DNA of 64,000 nucleotides, taken from NCBI RefSeq assembly GCF_036365525.1, contig NC_090399.1, positions 53,848,430 through 53,912,429 of the forward strand, written 5' to 3'. Each line of letters begins with the position of its first letter. Within the stretch, counting starts at the first letter, position 1. The DNA is from Heterodontus francisci. Its lineage: Eukaryota. Both the position numbers and the translations under genes were made by a program. The notes beneath the pieces were generated by a model. It was given only the letters and a program-made list of their open reading frames with translations. It did no database searches and was not told the DNA's origin. Below, piece after piece: positions 25,305 to 37,100 of this stretch.

Positions 25305-26125
25305 GTGGAACCTAGGAACAGGCCATTCAGCTCCTCAAACCTGTTCCACCATTCATTTAGATTGTGGCTGATCTGTATCTCAATTCTATTTACCTTTGGC
25401 TCTCTGCCATGTTCTTGAAATATAAAGGGCGGCACAGTGGCGCAGTGGTTAGCACCGCAGCCTCACAGCTCCAGGGACCTGGGTTCGATTCCGGGTACTG
25501 CCTGTGTGGAGTTTGCAAGTTCTCCCTGTGTCTGCGTGGGTTTTCTCCGGGTGCTCCGGTTTCCTCCCACATGCCAAAGACTTGCAGGTTGATAGGTAAA
25601 TTGGCCATTATAAATTGTCACTAGTATAGGTAGGTGGTAGGGAAATATAGGGACAGGTGGGGATGTTTGGTAGGAATATGGGATTAGTGTAGGATTAGTA
25701 TAAATGGGTGGTTGATGTTCGGCACAGACTCGGTGGGCCGGAGGGCCTGTTTCAGTGCTGTATCTCTAATCTAATCTAATCTTGGTTTCATAACCTTTAA
25801 TACCCTTGTCTATCAAAAAGTTATCAATCTCAGTTTTGAAATTTTCCAGCGACTCCCAGGTTCAGCAGCACTTTGGGAGGAAGCGTTCCAGAATTCCACC
25901 AGCTTTCATGTGAAGGACTGTTTCCTGACATCACCCCTGAACAGCCCAACTCTAATTTTCAAACGATGCCCCTTGTTCTCGACTCACTTTATCTACCCTA
26001 TCAGATCCTTTAATTATCTTAAACACCTCAATTAGATCACCCTTTAGTCTTTTGCACTCAAGACAATGCACCCTCATAACCTAACCCTCCAAGATCCAGT
26101 ATAATTCTGATGGATCTGCACTGCC
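25305..26125 (-). mobile_element. CR1 LINE 3' fragment, interrupted by a V-SINE
   Basis: Starts AGGAACAGGCCATTCAGCTCCTCAAACCTGTTCCACCATTCA...GGCTGATCTG (reverse of a CR1 3' end). Resumes after the SINE with GTTCCAGAATTCCACC (VEFWN) and ATGCCCCTTGTTCT (RTRG). Confidence 0.7.
25427..25781 (+). mobile_element. Full-length HE1-type V-SINE
   Basis: GGGCGGCACAGTGGCGCAGTGGTTAGC, B box GGTTCGATTCC, V-domain, tail GGCCTGTTTCAGTGCTGTATCTC(TAATC)3. Confidence 0.93.
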
Positions 26126-26647
26126 AGTGAGAATCCCACGGGAATCCCACTGATATGTGAACTAGAGGAAGCTAGGTTAGGATAGAGGAGACTGTGTGGG
26201 TGATTACATTCATCAGGCAGCACCAGAGGAGAGCCAGACCATCCCGGAATTACCTATCGAGCAGGATCGATAGATCCAGGCGTCCATTCTGAGACCTTTC
26301 CCAGTGGCTCTGTGTCATAAGACCCTGCTTCCTTCAGGAAGTCTTGGAGCATCTCTGTTCACTGTTGTAGCCAGGTCTGAAATCAAGGTCAACAACACAA
26401 ACAGTTGTCACTAGGGAAAAGAGAGTGATCACAGCGCTCAACATTCGTGCCATAGGCTCATTCCAGGAATCCACATGGTCATTTTCTGCTGTTTGAAAGT
26501 TTTCCTGGTGAGGGCGGTAAGGCTGAGTAAGGCAATTTTTTTCCAGGATGTGTACAGAAGGAGGTAGGATTACAGCATGATAGGAGGATAACGGTGGAGA
26601 GTGATACCAGGAAGTGATCAGAATGGCCTTATGTGGAATGGAAAAGA

Positions 26648-27149
26648 GGGGGAGATGGTGGCATAGTGGTAATGTCGCTGAACTAGTAATCCAGAGGCTC
26701 AGGCTAATTTCCTGGGTACATGGTTTCAAATCCCAACACGGCAGCTGGTCGAATTTAAATTCAATTAATTAATTTTAAAAATCTGGAATTGAAAGCCAGT
26801 CTCAGTAATGGTGTCATGAAACTATCATGGATTTTCGTAAAAACACATCTGGTTCACAGTTCCGAAGAAGGGTCACTGACCCGAAACGTTAACTCTGCTT
26901 CTCTTTCCACAGATGCTGCCAGACCTGCTGAGTGAATCCAGCATTTCTTGTTTTTGTTTCTGGTTCACTAATGTCCTTTAGGGAAGGAAATCTTCCTTTC
27001 TTACCTGGTCTGGCCTACATGCGACTCCAGATCCACAGCAATGTGGTTAACTCTTAACTGCCCTCTGAAATGGTTGAGCATGCCACTCAATTAGGGACGG
27101 ACAACAAACGCTGGGCTTGCCAGCGATGCCCACATCCCAAGAATAAAAA
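26648..27149 (+). mobile_element. tRNA-derived SINE of a second family with a CR1-like tail, interrupted by a Penelope fragment
   Basis: A box TGGCATAGTGG and B-box-like GGTTTCAAATCC. The tail TTAGGGACGGACAACAAACGCTGGGCTTGCCAGCGATGCCCACATCCC matches the 3' end of the LINE at 59048-59582. Confidence 0.8.
26858..26958 (+). mobile_element. Penelope-like element terminal fragment with a minimal hammerhead-ribozyme-like motif and a 10-bp TSD
   Basis: TCTGGTTCAC at 26848-26857 and 26959-26968 flanks AGTT-CCGAAGA-A-GGGTC-ACT-GACCC-GAAA-CGTTAACT, followed by CACAGATGCTGCCAGACCTGCTGAGT. Confidence 0.75.
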
Positions 27150-27477
27150 TGATGGGAGGGATGAGGTAACGAGAGATCGTTGACAAAAGCATGTGAGGCC
27201 TTGATCTCCAGCCCCTTGCCCCTTGATGGGTGGGAGAGAGTGGGGTTAGACGTGAGGTATCTGAGTGACGCACTCCTGAGTGACTCAACATTAGCTCCAT
27301 TCCAGTCCCCTGGTCACAGTGTGGTGGAATGAAACGGGATGGGGCTCCGTGCTGTGGGAAAAATGGATACACTTAGCAGAATAACAGCCACCGAGACATT
27401 TTAGCATCAAAGTCAAATTATTTTACTGTCTTTCACAATAAAACGGAATTCCAAAGCAACAATTCTTACCGAAAACG

Positions 27478-27942
27478 ACAACAAAACAACTTGTATTTAT
27501 CTTGTGCCTTCAATGCAATGAAATGTCCCAAGGTGCTTCACAGCAGGGTCAGAGGGTGAAATGTCACACTGCATCACAAAGTGTGGCATATGACCTCCAG
27601 CTTGGTCAGAGAGGCAAGTTCTCCGGAACGTCTTAAAGGAGGAAAGAGACATGGAGAGGTGGAGAGGCTTCGAGAGGGAATTCCAGAACTTCGAGTGCAT
27701 GCAGCACAAGGCACAGCCAACAATGGTGGACCTATTAAAATTGCGGATGCCCAAAAGGTCAGATTTGGAGGAGCATAGACATATCGGTGGATTGTGGGGC
27801 TGGAGATCATAGGGATGAGGAAGGGCGAAGCCATGGAGACATTTGAGAAAAAGGATGAGAATTATTCAATGGAGGGGTTGCTGAACCGGGAACCAAAGTA
27901 GGCCATCGAGCACAGTGGTGATGGGTGCATGGGACTGTGAAC
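27478..27942 (-). mobile_element. L2 LINE 3' end
   Basis: The minus strand ends GTGAAGCACCTTGGGACATT...AAGGCACAAGATAAATACAAGTTGTTTTGTTG. Translation includes KFWNSLSKPLHLSMSLSSFKT. Confidence 0.8.
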
Positions 27943-27944
27943 TA

Positions 27945-28620
27945 AAAGGCCTCAGTGGCATTTTCCTTGCTGGTGGCAGCAGTCGTTGACCGATGCACCA
28001 ACATGACATTAGTCATGATGCACGACACTAACACGAATGTATCGGGGTCCACTCCAGAATGGGAAACAGCAAAGGTGGAATCAGAGCTGCTACATTCACA
28101 CTTCACCCAAGAAATCGTGGACTCTGTGCTCCGATGGTTGGACGGCTCGCTCATGTGGCACAAGCTGAACATTGTCTTTTTTTTAGTGTGCTGCTTCTTT
28201 GACTGACTGCTCCCTAAGTGTGCTCCCTTGTTGTTCAATGGACACTTAATGACAGCCACTGAGCTTCATGGTGCTGTGTATGGCTGTCTCAGGGGTGGAA
28301 CTCCACAAAGGGTCAGGTGTTAGTGTGCAAGTGTCATTGTATTCTCCCAGTGTAGTGGCCCATGAAGGGGCTGGCTATCCCAGTGTGAGGGCTTCTCAGT
28401 TGAGGGAAGTGGAGCAGTGTGCATGCAAGCTTATGTATGGTCCAACATCTCACTAGGTCAGCGGGTTGAATCATTGTCATTCAGGGATAGTGGTGCGAGG
28501 CTGATATCCTCATGACCTTTGTTACAGTATATACAGAATCACCAAAGCCAATTGGAAAAGTGGGGTCCAAAGTACGGTCCAAGTGTTCACCAGAGCAGGT
28601 AGTAAGACCATTGTCATTCT
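27945..28620 (+). mobile_element. Highly degenerate LINE RT C-terminal fragment (L2/Rex1-Babar-like?)
   Basis: ORF 27955-28206 has a decayed YADD-like segment (MMHDT), then QEIVDSVLRW...KLNI and downstream PLLFNG, in RT-like order. Weak. Confidence 0.3.
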
Positions 28621-30137
28621 GGGATGGTAGCACAAGCTGACGCCCTCATGACACGCTGTGAGTAGAGCAGGGTCACACAAGCCAGTTGGAAAAGTGAGGC
28701 CTGCTCCGTCCAAAGACACCTGACACCAACTGTGTGACACATTACTCACTCCAGTGCCTTCATCAAGGCACTCCATCTCATCTGCCAGTCCTTGCTGCCT
28801 GTTGTGAATCTGATGGGTTAGCTCGTCCACTCGAAGCTCACTGTTCCACTGCACAAGAAGATGAAATCTAACCGATGTGTGACGTCTGCAGCTATCCGTC
28901 ACTTCTCAGTAACAACAACCGCAGCAGCCACGTCTGCCTGTGTGGGTGAGTGAGATGCTCGCCAATGGCTGTTGGGGGAGAATCTGTCCACAGACAGGCC
29001 CAGGTGCCTCTGCACAATGATAGCAGGTTTGTAGAGCAACAAATTCTTTATCCGGAAGCTGCAGCAGCAGGTAGCTTGGCCATCATGTGTCTCCAGTCAA
29101 TAAATGTCAGCTCAAATCAAAGTGCGGTGATGGAAGGATGACACACTGCACCATTAGAAATGTACCAGTTGCAGCACCTAGCTCTGATTCAGTTTCATCT
29201 CAGTGGATCCCTGGCTGCTCATACTGAACACAGCACAGGTTCAGCGAGGTACACTCAAATTAGCTCGGAACTTGAATGCTCCATTTTTTGTTCTCCTTCT
29301 CAAGTGTTCGGGTTTTGACTTTCTTAAAAAGACTCCCTGTCATCTGTAACAACAACAACTTCTAGTTAGACAGCATCCATAGTAAGTCATCTCAAGGCAT
29401 ATCAGGGATCTATTAACTGTTCCAAAATCTATTTTCTACTGTTTAGCCAGATCTTTTAAAGGTGCTTTCATCCTCATTCTGCCCGTCTTTCATACTTCTG
29501 TTGTATTGATGCCTTGGTCCAGTATGTGGACCATTTTGAATTTCAGCAACCATTGAGTCTTCTCGTCTATGTGTCTCATTTGTTCCATGAAGGCAGAAGG
29601 AGATGAGTATTGCCCTAGGAATTTTTTAAGGCAGCACAAATCCGATCCAATAAAGTCTCCTTCTCTGAGAACCGAGCACTGTTAGAACCGCTAACCTGTT
29701 TGTATGAGATACCAGAGCACAATCCAGTAATTTAAAGACTAGGGATCACCAAATTTAATTTCATCAATCTTTTATTCAATCTGTTAAAGCCCATAATATA
29801 TTCTTCCATGGAATGACTATCCATTTTTGGAAATCTATCAAATTATAACAATGCCTGTTAGGCATTTAACAGACCATCTTTCTGTAGATTTCATCCAAGA
29901 GTTCAAATAGAAGTTGCAAACCTTCATCTCCATCCAAGTGATGGGCATCCAGCTCATAACATACCTTATTTCTGATTTTTCTTTGTGTAGGAGGCAATGA
30001 TGCCAAGGCCATATCATATTTTTCCTGTGGTCACGATGAAACCCATGTCCACACATCCACTTTGTTCTTTCATTGGTCATCTGGTTCAGGTTCTGATAAC
30101 ATTGGAGGGTAATCATACCCCAACAATTTACACATGG

Positions 30138-30462
30138 ATTTATTTATTTAGAGATACAGCACTGAAACAGGCCCTTCGGCCCACCAAGTCTCTGCCAACA
30201 ATCAACCACCCATTTATACCAATCCTACATTAATCCCATATTCCTACCTCACGCCCACTACCTATACTAGGGGCAATTTACAATGGCCAATTTACCTATC
30301 AACCTGCAAGTCTTTGGCTGTGGGAGGAAATCGGAGCACCCGGCGAAAACCCACACGGTCACAGGAAGAACTTGCAAACTCCACACAGGCAGTACCCAGA
30401 ATCGAACCCAGGTCACGGGAGCAGTGAGGCTGTGGTGCTAACCACTGCACCACTGTGCCACC
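30138..30462 (-). mobile_element. Older, more diverged HE1-type V-SINE inserted in the copia gag
   Basis: GGTGGCACAGTGGTGCAGTGGTTAGC head, V-domain, (TAAA)n tail, degenerate TSD GCAAGT/CCATGT. Confidence 0.88.
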
Positions 30463-30549
30463 ACTTGCTTTCTGCCATTTTTGGAAATGGTTCTCGGATT
30501 GTCGCTTCTGTCTGAAAATGTTCTTCATGTCCAACCTTCACCTTCAGGC

Positions 30550-30566
30550 ACCATCCTCTGCAACAA
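30550..30566 (-). other. Primer binding site for initiator tRNA-Met
   Basis: Plus-strand ACCATCCTCTGCAACAA matches 15 of 17 bases of the vertebrate tRNA-iMet 3' end ACCATCCTCTGCTACCA. It lies between the putative LTR and the gag ATG. Confidence 0.7.
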
Positions 30567-31164
30567 TATTTATACTCGCGAAAGACAGTTGTTGAAGGTG
30601 AGAACAGAAGCCAATCTTTGCACACTTTCATAGCATTTATTTACAAAGATACACATCCTGGAGACAGAGTAAAACCAAGTAAACAGACATCACGTTCAAC
30701 CCAAACATCCCTACTGAAAAAAAACAAATCTTCATCTTGTTGCAATACTTTCTCAAAGGAAACAAATTCAAGACTCATTCAGAGAAATTCACAGCAGTCT
30801 TGCATTTCACCTGGAAACAGCTGATGGAGGAGATCTCAATTTGTGATTGGCTTAATTCACCAAAACCATATGTCAATTACAGCATGATCAGTAAAGGAAA
30901 TGAGAGACAAACTGAACTTCAGAGACGGAGTGTGATAGCGGACGGAGGGGAGCTGGCACGGAGTGAAGTCTGATCACAGTTAGGAGAAACGAGAAGAACA
31001 GAATGGAAGCTGGGAGTTACTTGACTGTGTTAACACTGGGTGTAATTCATGGAGCCTGGGCTGGAGAATGTGAGTTATTTAAATAGGAAAATTTAACAGA
31101 GATTACCAATATTATTAATATCTGTCTCCCTGGGGGCAGCATGGTGTCATTATAGGAGATGAAA

Positions 31165-34100
31165 GCTGTGAGTTATTATATTTATATTATATTAATAATC
31201 CTGATCTCACTGGGGTCGGTGTGATGTTATTACAGGGAGTGAGGGCTGTGTGTTATTGTATTTATATTATATTAATAATCCTGATCTCACTGGGGTCGGT
31301 GTGATGTTATTACAGGGAGTGAGGGCTGTGTGTTATTGTATTTATATTATATTAATAATCCTGATCTCACTGGGGTCGGTGTGATGTTATTACAGGGAGT
31401 GAGGGCTGTGTGTTATTGTATTTATATTATATTAATAATCCTGATCTCACTGGGGTCGGTGTGATGTTATTACAGGGAGTGAGGGCTGTGTGTTATTGTA
31501 TTTATATTATATTAATAATCCTGATCTCACTGGGGTCGGTGTGATGTTATTACAGGGAGTGAGGGCTGTGTGTTATTGTATTTATATTATATTAATAATC
31601 CTGATCTCACTGGGGTCGGTGTGATGTTATTACAGGGAGTGAGGGCTGTGTGTTATTGTATTTATATTATATTAATAATCCTGATCTCACTGGGGTCGGT
31701 GTGATGTTATTACAGGGAGTGAGGGCTGTGTGTTATTGTATTTATATTATATTAATAATCCTGATCTCACTGGGGTCGGTGTGATGTTATTACAGGGAGT
31801 GAGGGCTGTGTGTTATTGTATTTATATTATATTAATAATCCTGATCTCACTGGGGTCGGTGTGATGTTATTACAGGGAGTGAGGGCTGTGTGTTATTGTA
31901 TTTATATTATATTAATAATCCTGATCTCACTGGGGTCGGTGTGATGTTATTACAGGGAGTGAGGGCTGTGTGTTATTGTATTTATATTATATTAATAATC
32001 CTGATCTCACTGGGGTCGGTGTGATGTTATTACAGGGAGTGAGGGCTGTGTGTTATTGTATTTATATTATATTAATAATCCCGATCTCACTGGGGTCGGT
32101 GTGATGTTATTACAGGGAGTGAGGTCTGTGTGTTATTATATTTATATTATATTAATAATCCCGATCTCACTGGGGTCGGTGTGATGTTATTACAGGGAGT
32201 GAGGTCTGTGTGTTATTATATTTATATTATATCAATAATCCCGATCTCACTGGGGTCGGTGTGATGTTATTACAGGGAGTGAGGTCTGTGTGTTATTGTA
32301 TTTATATTATATTAATAATCCCGATCTCACTGGGGTCGGTGTGATGTTATTACAGGGAGTGAGGGCTGTGTGTTATTGTATTTATATTATATTAATAATC
32401 CTGATCTCACTGGGGTCGGTGTGATGTTATTACAGGGAGTGAGGGCTGTGTGTTATTGTATTTATATTATATTAATAATCCTGATCTCACTGGGGTCGGT
32501 GTGATGTTATTACAGGGAGTGAGGGCTGTGTGTTATTGTATTTATATTATATTAATAATCCTGATCTCACTGGGGTCGGTGTGATGTTATTACAGGGAGT
32601 GAGGGCTGTGTGTTATTATATTTATATTATATTAATAATCCTGATCTCACTGGGGTCGGTGTGATGTTATTACAGGGAGTGAGGTCTGTGTGTTATTATA
32701 TTTATATTATATTAATAATCCCGATCTCACTGGGGTCGGTGTGATGTTATTACAGGGAGTGAGGTCTGTGTGTTATTATATTTATATTATATCAATAATC
32801 CCGATCTCACTGGGGTCGGTGTGATGTTATTACAGGGAGTGAGGTCTGTGTGTTATTATATTTATATTATATCAATAATCCCGATCTCACTGGGGTCGGT
32901 GTGATGTTATTACAGGGAGTGAGGTCTGTGTGTTATTATATTTATATTATATTAATAATCCCGATCTCACTGGGGTCGGTGTGATGTTATTACAGGGAGT
33001 GAGGTCTGTGTGTTATTATATTTATATTATATCAATAATCCCGATCTCACTGGGGTCGGTGTGATGTTATTACAGGGAGTGAGGTCTGTGTGTTATTATA
33101 TTTATATTATATCAATAATCCCGATCTCACTGGGGTCGGTGTGATGTTATTACAGGGAGTGAGGTCTGTGTGTTATTTTATTTATATTATATTAATAATC
33201 CCGATCTCACTGGGGTCGGTGTGATGTTATTACAGGGAGTGAGGTCTGTGTGTTATTATATTTATATTATATCAATAATCCCGATCTCACTGGTGTCGGT
33301 GTGATGTTATTACAGGGAGTGAGGTCTGTGTGTTATTATATTTATATTATATCAATAATCCCGATCTCACTGGGGTCGGTGTGATGTTATTACAGGGAGT
33401 GAGGTCTGTGTGTTATTATATTTATATTATATCAATAATCCCGATCTCACTGGGGTCGGTGTGATGTTATTACAGGGAGTGAGGTCTGTGTGTTATTATA
33501 TTTATATTATATCAATAATCCCGATCTCACTGGGGTCGGTGTGATGTTATTACAGGGAGTGAGGTCTGTGTGTTATTATATTTATATTATATCAATAATC
33601 CCGATCTCACTGGGGTCGGTGTGATGTTATTACAGGGAGTGAGGTCTGTGTGTTATTTTATTTATATTATATTAATAATCCCGATCTCACTGGGGTCGGT
33701 GTGATGTTATTACAGGGAGTGAGGTCTGTGTGTTATTATATTTATATTATATCAATAATCCCGATCTCACTGGTGTCGGTGTGATGTTATTACAGGGAGT
33801 GAGGTCTGTGTGTTATTATATTTATATTATATCAATAATCCCGATCTCACTGGGGTCGGTGTGATGTTATTACAGGGAGTGAGGTCTGTGTGTTATTATA
33901 TTTATATTATATCAATAATCCCGATCTCACTGGGGTCGGTGTGATGTTATTACAGGGAGTGAGGTCTGTGTGTTATTATATTTATATTATATCAATAATC
34001 CCGATCTCACTGGGGTCGGTGTGATGTTATTACAGGGAGTGAGGTCTGTGTGTTATTATATTTATATTATATCAATAATCCCGATCTCACTGGGGTCGGT

Positions 34101-37100
34101 GTGATGTTATTACAGGGAGTGAGGTCTGTGTGTTATTATATTTATATTATATCAATAATCCCGATCTCACTGGTGTCGGTGTGATGTTATTACAGGGAGT
34201 GAGGTCTGTGTGTTATTATATTTATATTATATCAATAATCCCGATCTCACTGGGGTCGGTGTGATGTTATTACAGGGAGTGAGGTCTGTGTGTTATTATA
34301 TTTATATTATATCAATAATCCCGATCTCACTGGTGTCGGTGTGATGTTATTACAGGGAGTGAGGTCTGTGTGTTATTTTATTTATATTATATTAATAATC
34401 CCGATCTCACTGGGGTCGGTGTGATGTTATTACAGGGAGTGAGGTCTGTGTGTTATTATATTTATATTATATCAATAATCCCGATCTCACTGGTGTCGGT
34501 GTGATGTTATTACAGGGAGTGAGGTCTGTGTGTTATTATATTTATATTATATCAATAATCCCGATCTCACTGGGGTCGGTGTGATGTTATTACAGGGAGT
34601 GAGGTCTGTGTGTTATTATATTTATATTATATCAATAATCCCGATCTCACTGGGGTCGGTGTGATGTTATTACAGGGAGTGAGGTCTGTGTGTTATTATA
34701 TTTATATTATATCAATAATCCCGATCTCACTGGGGTCGGTGTGATGTTATTACAGGGAGTGAGGTCTGTGTGTTATTATATTTATATTATATCAATAATC
34801 CCGATCTCACTGGGGTCGGTGTGATGTTATTACAGGGAGTGAGGTATGTGTGTTATTATATTTATATTATATTAATAATCCCGATCTCACTGGGGTCGGT
34901 GTGATGTTATTACAGGGAGTGAGGTCTGTGTGTTATTATATTTATATTATATTAATAATCCCGATCTCACTGGGGTCGGTGTGATGTTATTACAGGGAGT
35001 GAGGTCTGTGTGTTATTATATTTATATTATATTAATAATCCCGATCTCACTGGGGTCGGTGTGATGTTATTACAGGGAGTGAGGTCTGTGTGTTATTATA
35101 TTTATATTATATTAATAATCCCGATCTCACTGGGGTCGGTGTGATGTTATTACAGGGAGTGAGGTCTGTGTGTTATTATATTTATATTATATTAATAATC
35201 CTGATCTCACTGGGGTCGGTGTGATGTTATTACAGGGACTGAGGTCTGTGTGTTATTATATTTATATTATATTAATAATCCTGATCTCACTGGGGTCGGT
35301 GTGATGTTATTACAGGGAGTGAGGTCTGTGTGTTATTTTATTTATATTATATTAATAATCCCGATCTCACTGGGGTCGGTGTGATGTTATTACAGGGAGT
35401 GAGGTCTGTGTGTTATTATATTTATATTATATTAATAATCCCGATCTCACTGGGGTCGGTGTGATGTTATTACAGGGAGTGAGGTCTGTGTGTTATTTTA
35501 TTTATATTATATTACTAATCCTGATCTCACTGGGGTCGGTGTGATGTTATTACAGGGAGTGAGGTCTGTGTGTTATTTTATTTATATTATATTAATAATC
35601 CCGATCTCACTGGGGTCGGTGTGATGTTATTACAGGGAGTGAGGGCTGTGTGTTATTATATTTATATTATATTAATAATCCTGATCTCACTGGGGTCGGT
35701 GTGATGTTATTACAGGGAGTGAGGTCTGTGTGTTATTTTATTTATATTATATTAATAATCCCGATCTCACTGGGGTCGGTGTGATGTTATTACAGGGAGT
35801 GAGGTCTGTGTGTTATTATATTTATATTATATTAATAATCCCGATCTCACTGGGGTCGGTGTGATGTTATTACAGGGAGTGAGGTCTGTGTGTTATTTTA
35901 TTTATATTATATTACTAATCCTGATCTCACTGGGGTCGGTGTGATGTTATTACAGGGAGTGAGGTCTGTGTGTTATTTTATTTATATTATATTAATAATC
36001 CCGATCTCACTGGGGTCGGTGTGATGTTATTACAGGGAGTGAGGTCTGTGTGTTATTATATTTATATTATATTAATAATCCCGATCTCACTGGGGTCGGT
36101 GTGATGTTATTACAGGGAGTGAGGTCTGTGTGTTATTATATTTATATTATATTAATAATCCTGATCTCACTGGGGTCGGTGTGATGTTATTACAGGGAGT
36201 GAGGTCTGTGTGTTATTTTATTTATATTATATTACTAATCCTGATCTCACTGGGGTCGGTGTGATGTTATTACAGAGAGTGAGGTCTGTGTGTTAGTATA
36301 TTTATATTATATTAATAATCCTGATCTCACTGGGGTCGGTGTGATGTTATTACAGGGAGTGAGGTCTGTGTGTTATTATATTTATATTATATTAATAATC
36401 CCGATCTCACTGGGGTCGGTGTGATGTTATTACAGGGAGTGAGGTCTGTGTGTTATTATATTTATATTATATCAATAATCCTGATCTCACTGGGGTCGGT
36501 GTGATGTTATTACAGGGAGTGAGGTCTGTGTGTTATTTTATTTATATTATATCAATAATCCCGATCTCACTGGGGTCGGTGTGATGTTATTACAGGGAGT
36601 GAGGTCTGTGTGTTATTATATTTATATTATATTAATAATCCCGATCTCACTGGGGTCGGTGTGATGTTATTACAGGGAGTGAGGTCTGTGTGTTATTATA
36701 TTTATATTATATTAATAATCCTGATCTCACTGGGGTCGGTGTGATGTTATTACAGGGAGTGAGGTCAGTGTGTTATTTTATTTATATTATATTAATAATC
36801 CCGATCTCACTGGGGTCGGTGTGATGTTATTACAGGGAGTGAGGTCTGTGTGTTATTATATTTATATTATATTAATAATCCTGATCTCACTGGGGTCGGT
36901 GTGATGTTATTACAGGGAGTGAGGTCTGTGTGTTATTTTATTTATATTATATTAATAATCCCGATCTCACTTGGGTCGGTGTGATGTTATTACAGGGAGT
37001 GAGGTCTGTGTGTTATTATATTTATATTATATCAATAATCCCGATCTCACTGGGGTCGGTGTGATGTTATTACAGGGAGTGAGGTCTGTGTGTTATTATA

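Larger units (their letters stand above)
29400..30884 (-). mobile_element. Decayed Ty1/copia (GalEa-like) retrotransposon 5' part: LTR (~30567-30884), tRNA-iMet PBS, gag pseudogene
   Basis: PBS at 30550-30566 and ATG at 30478. Gag-like reading with stops and frameshifts: MAESKCKLLGYDYPPM...W...IRNKVCYEL..DEGLQLLFELLDEIY..SMEEYIMGFNRL..FKLLDCA..AALKK. Confidence 0.65.

Noticed and set aside
25427-25500. tRNA gene (also 4130-4202, 10030-10101, 26648-26740, 30390-30462)
   Set aside because: These are tRNA-derived SINE heads that continue into SINE bodies and tails.
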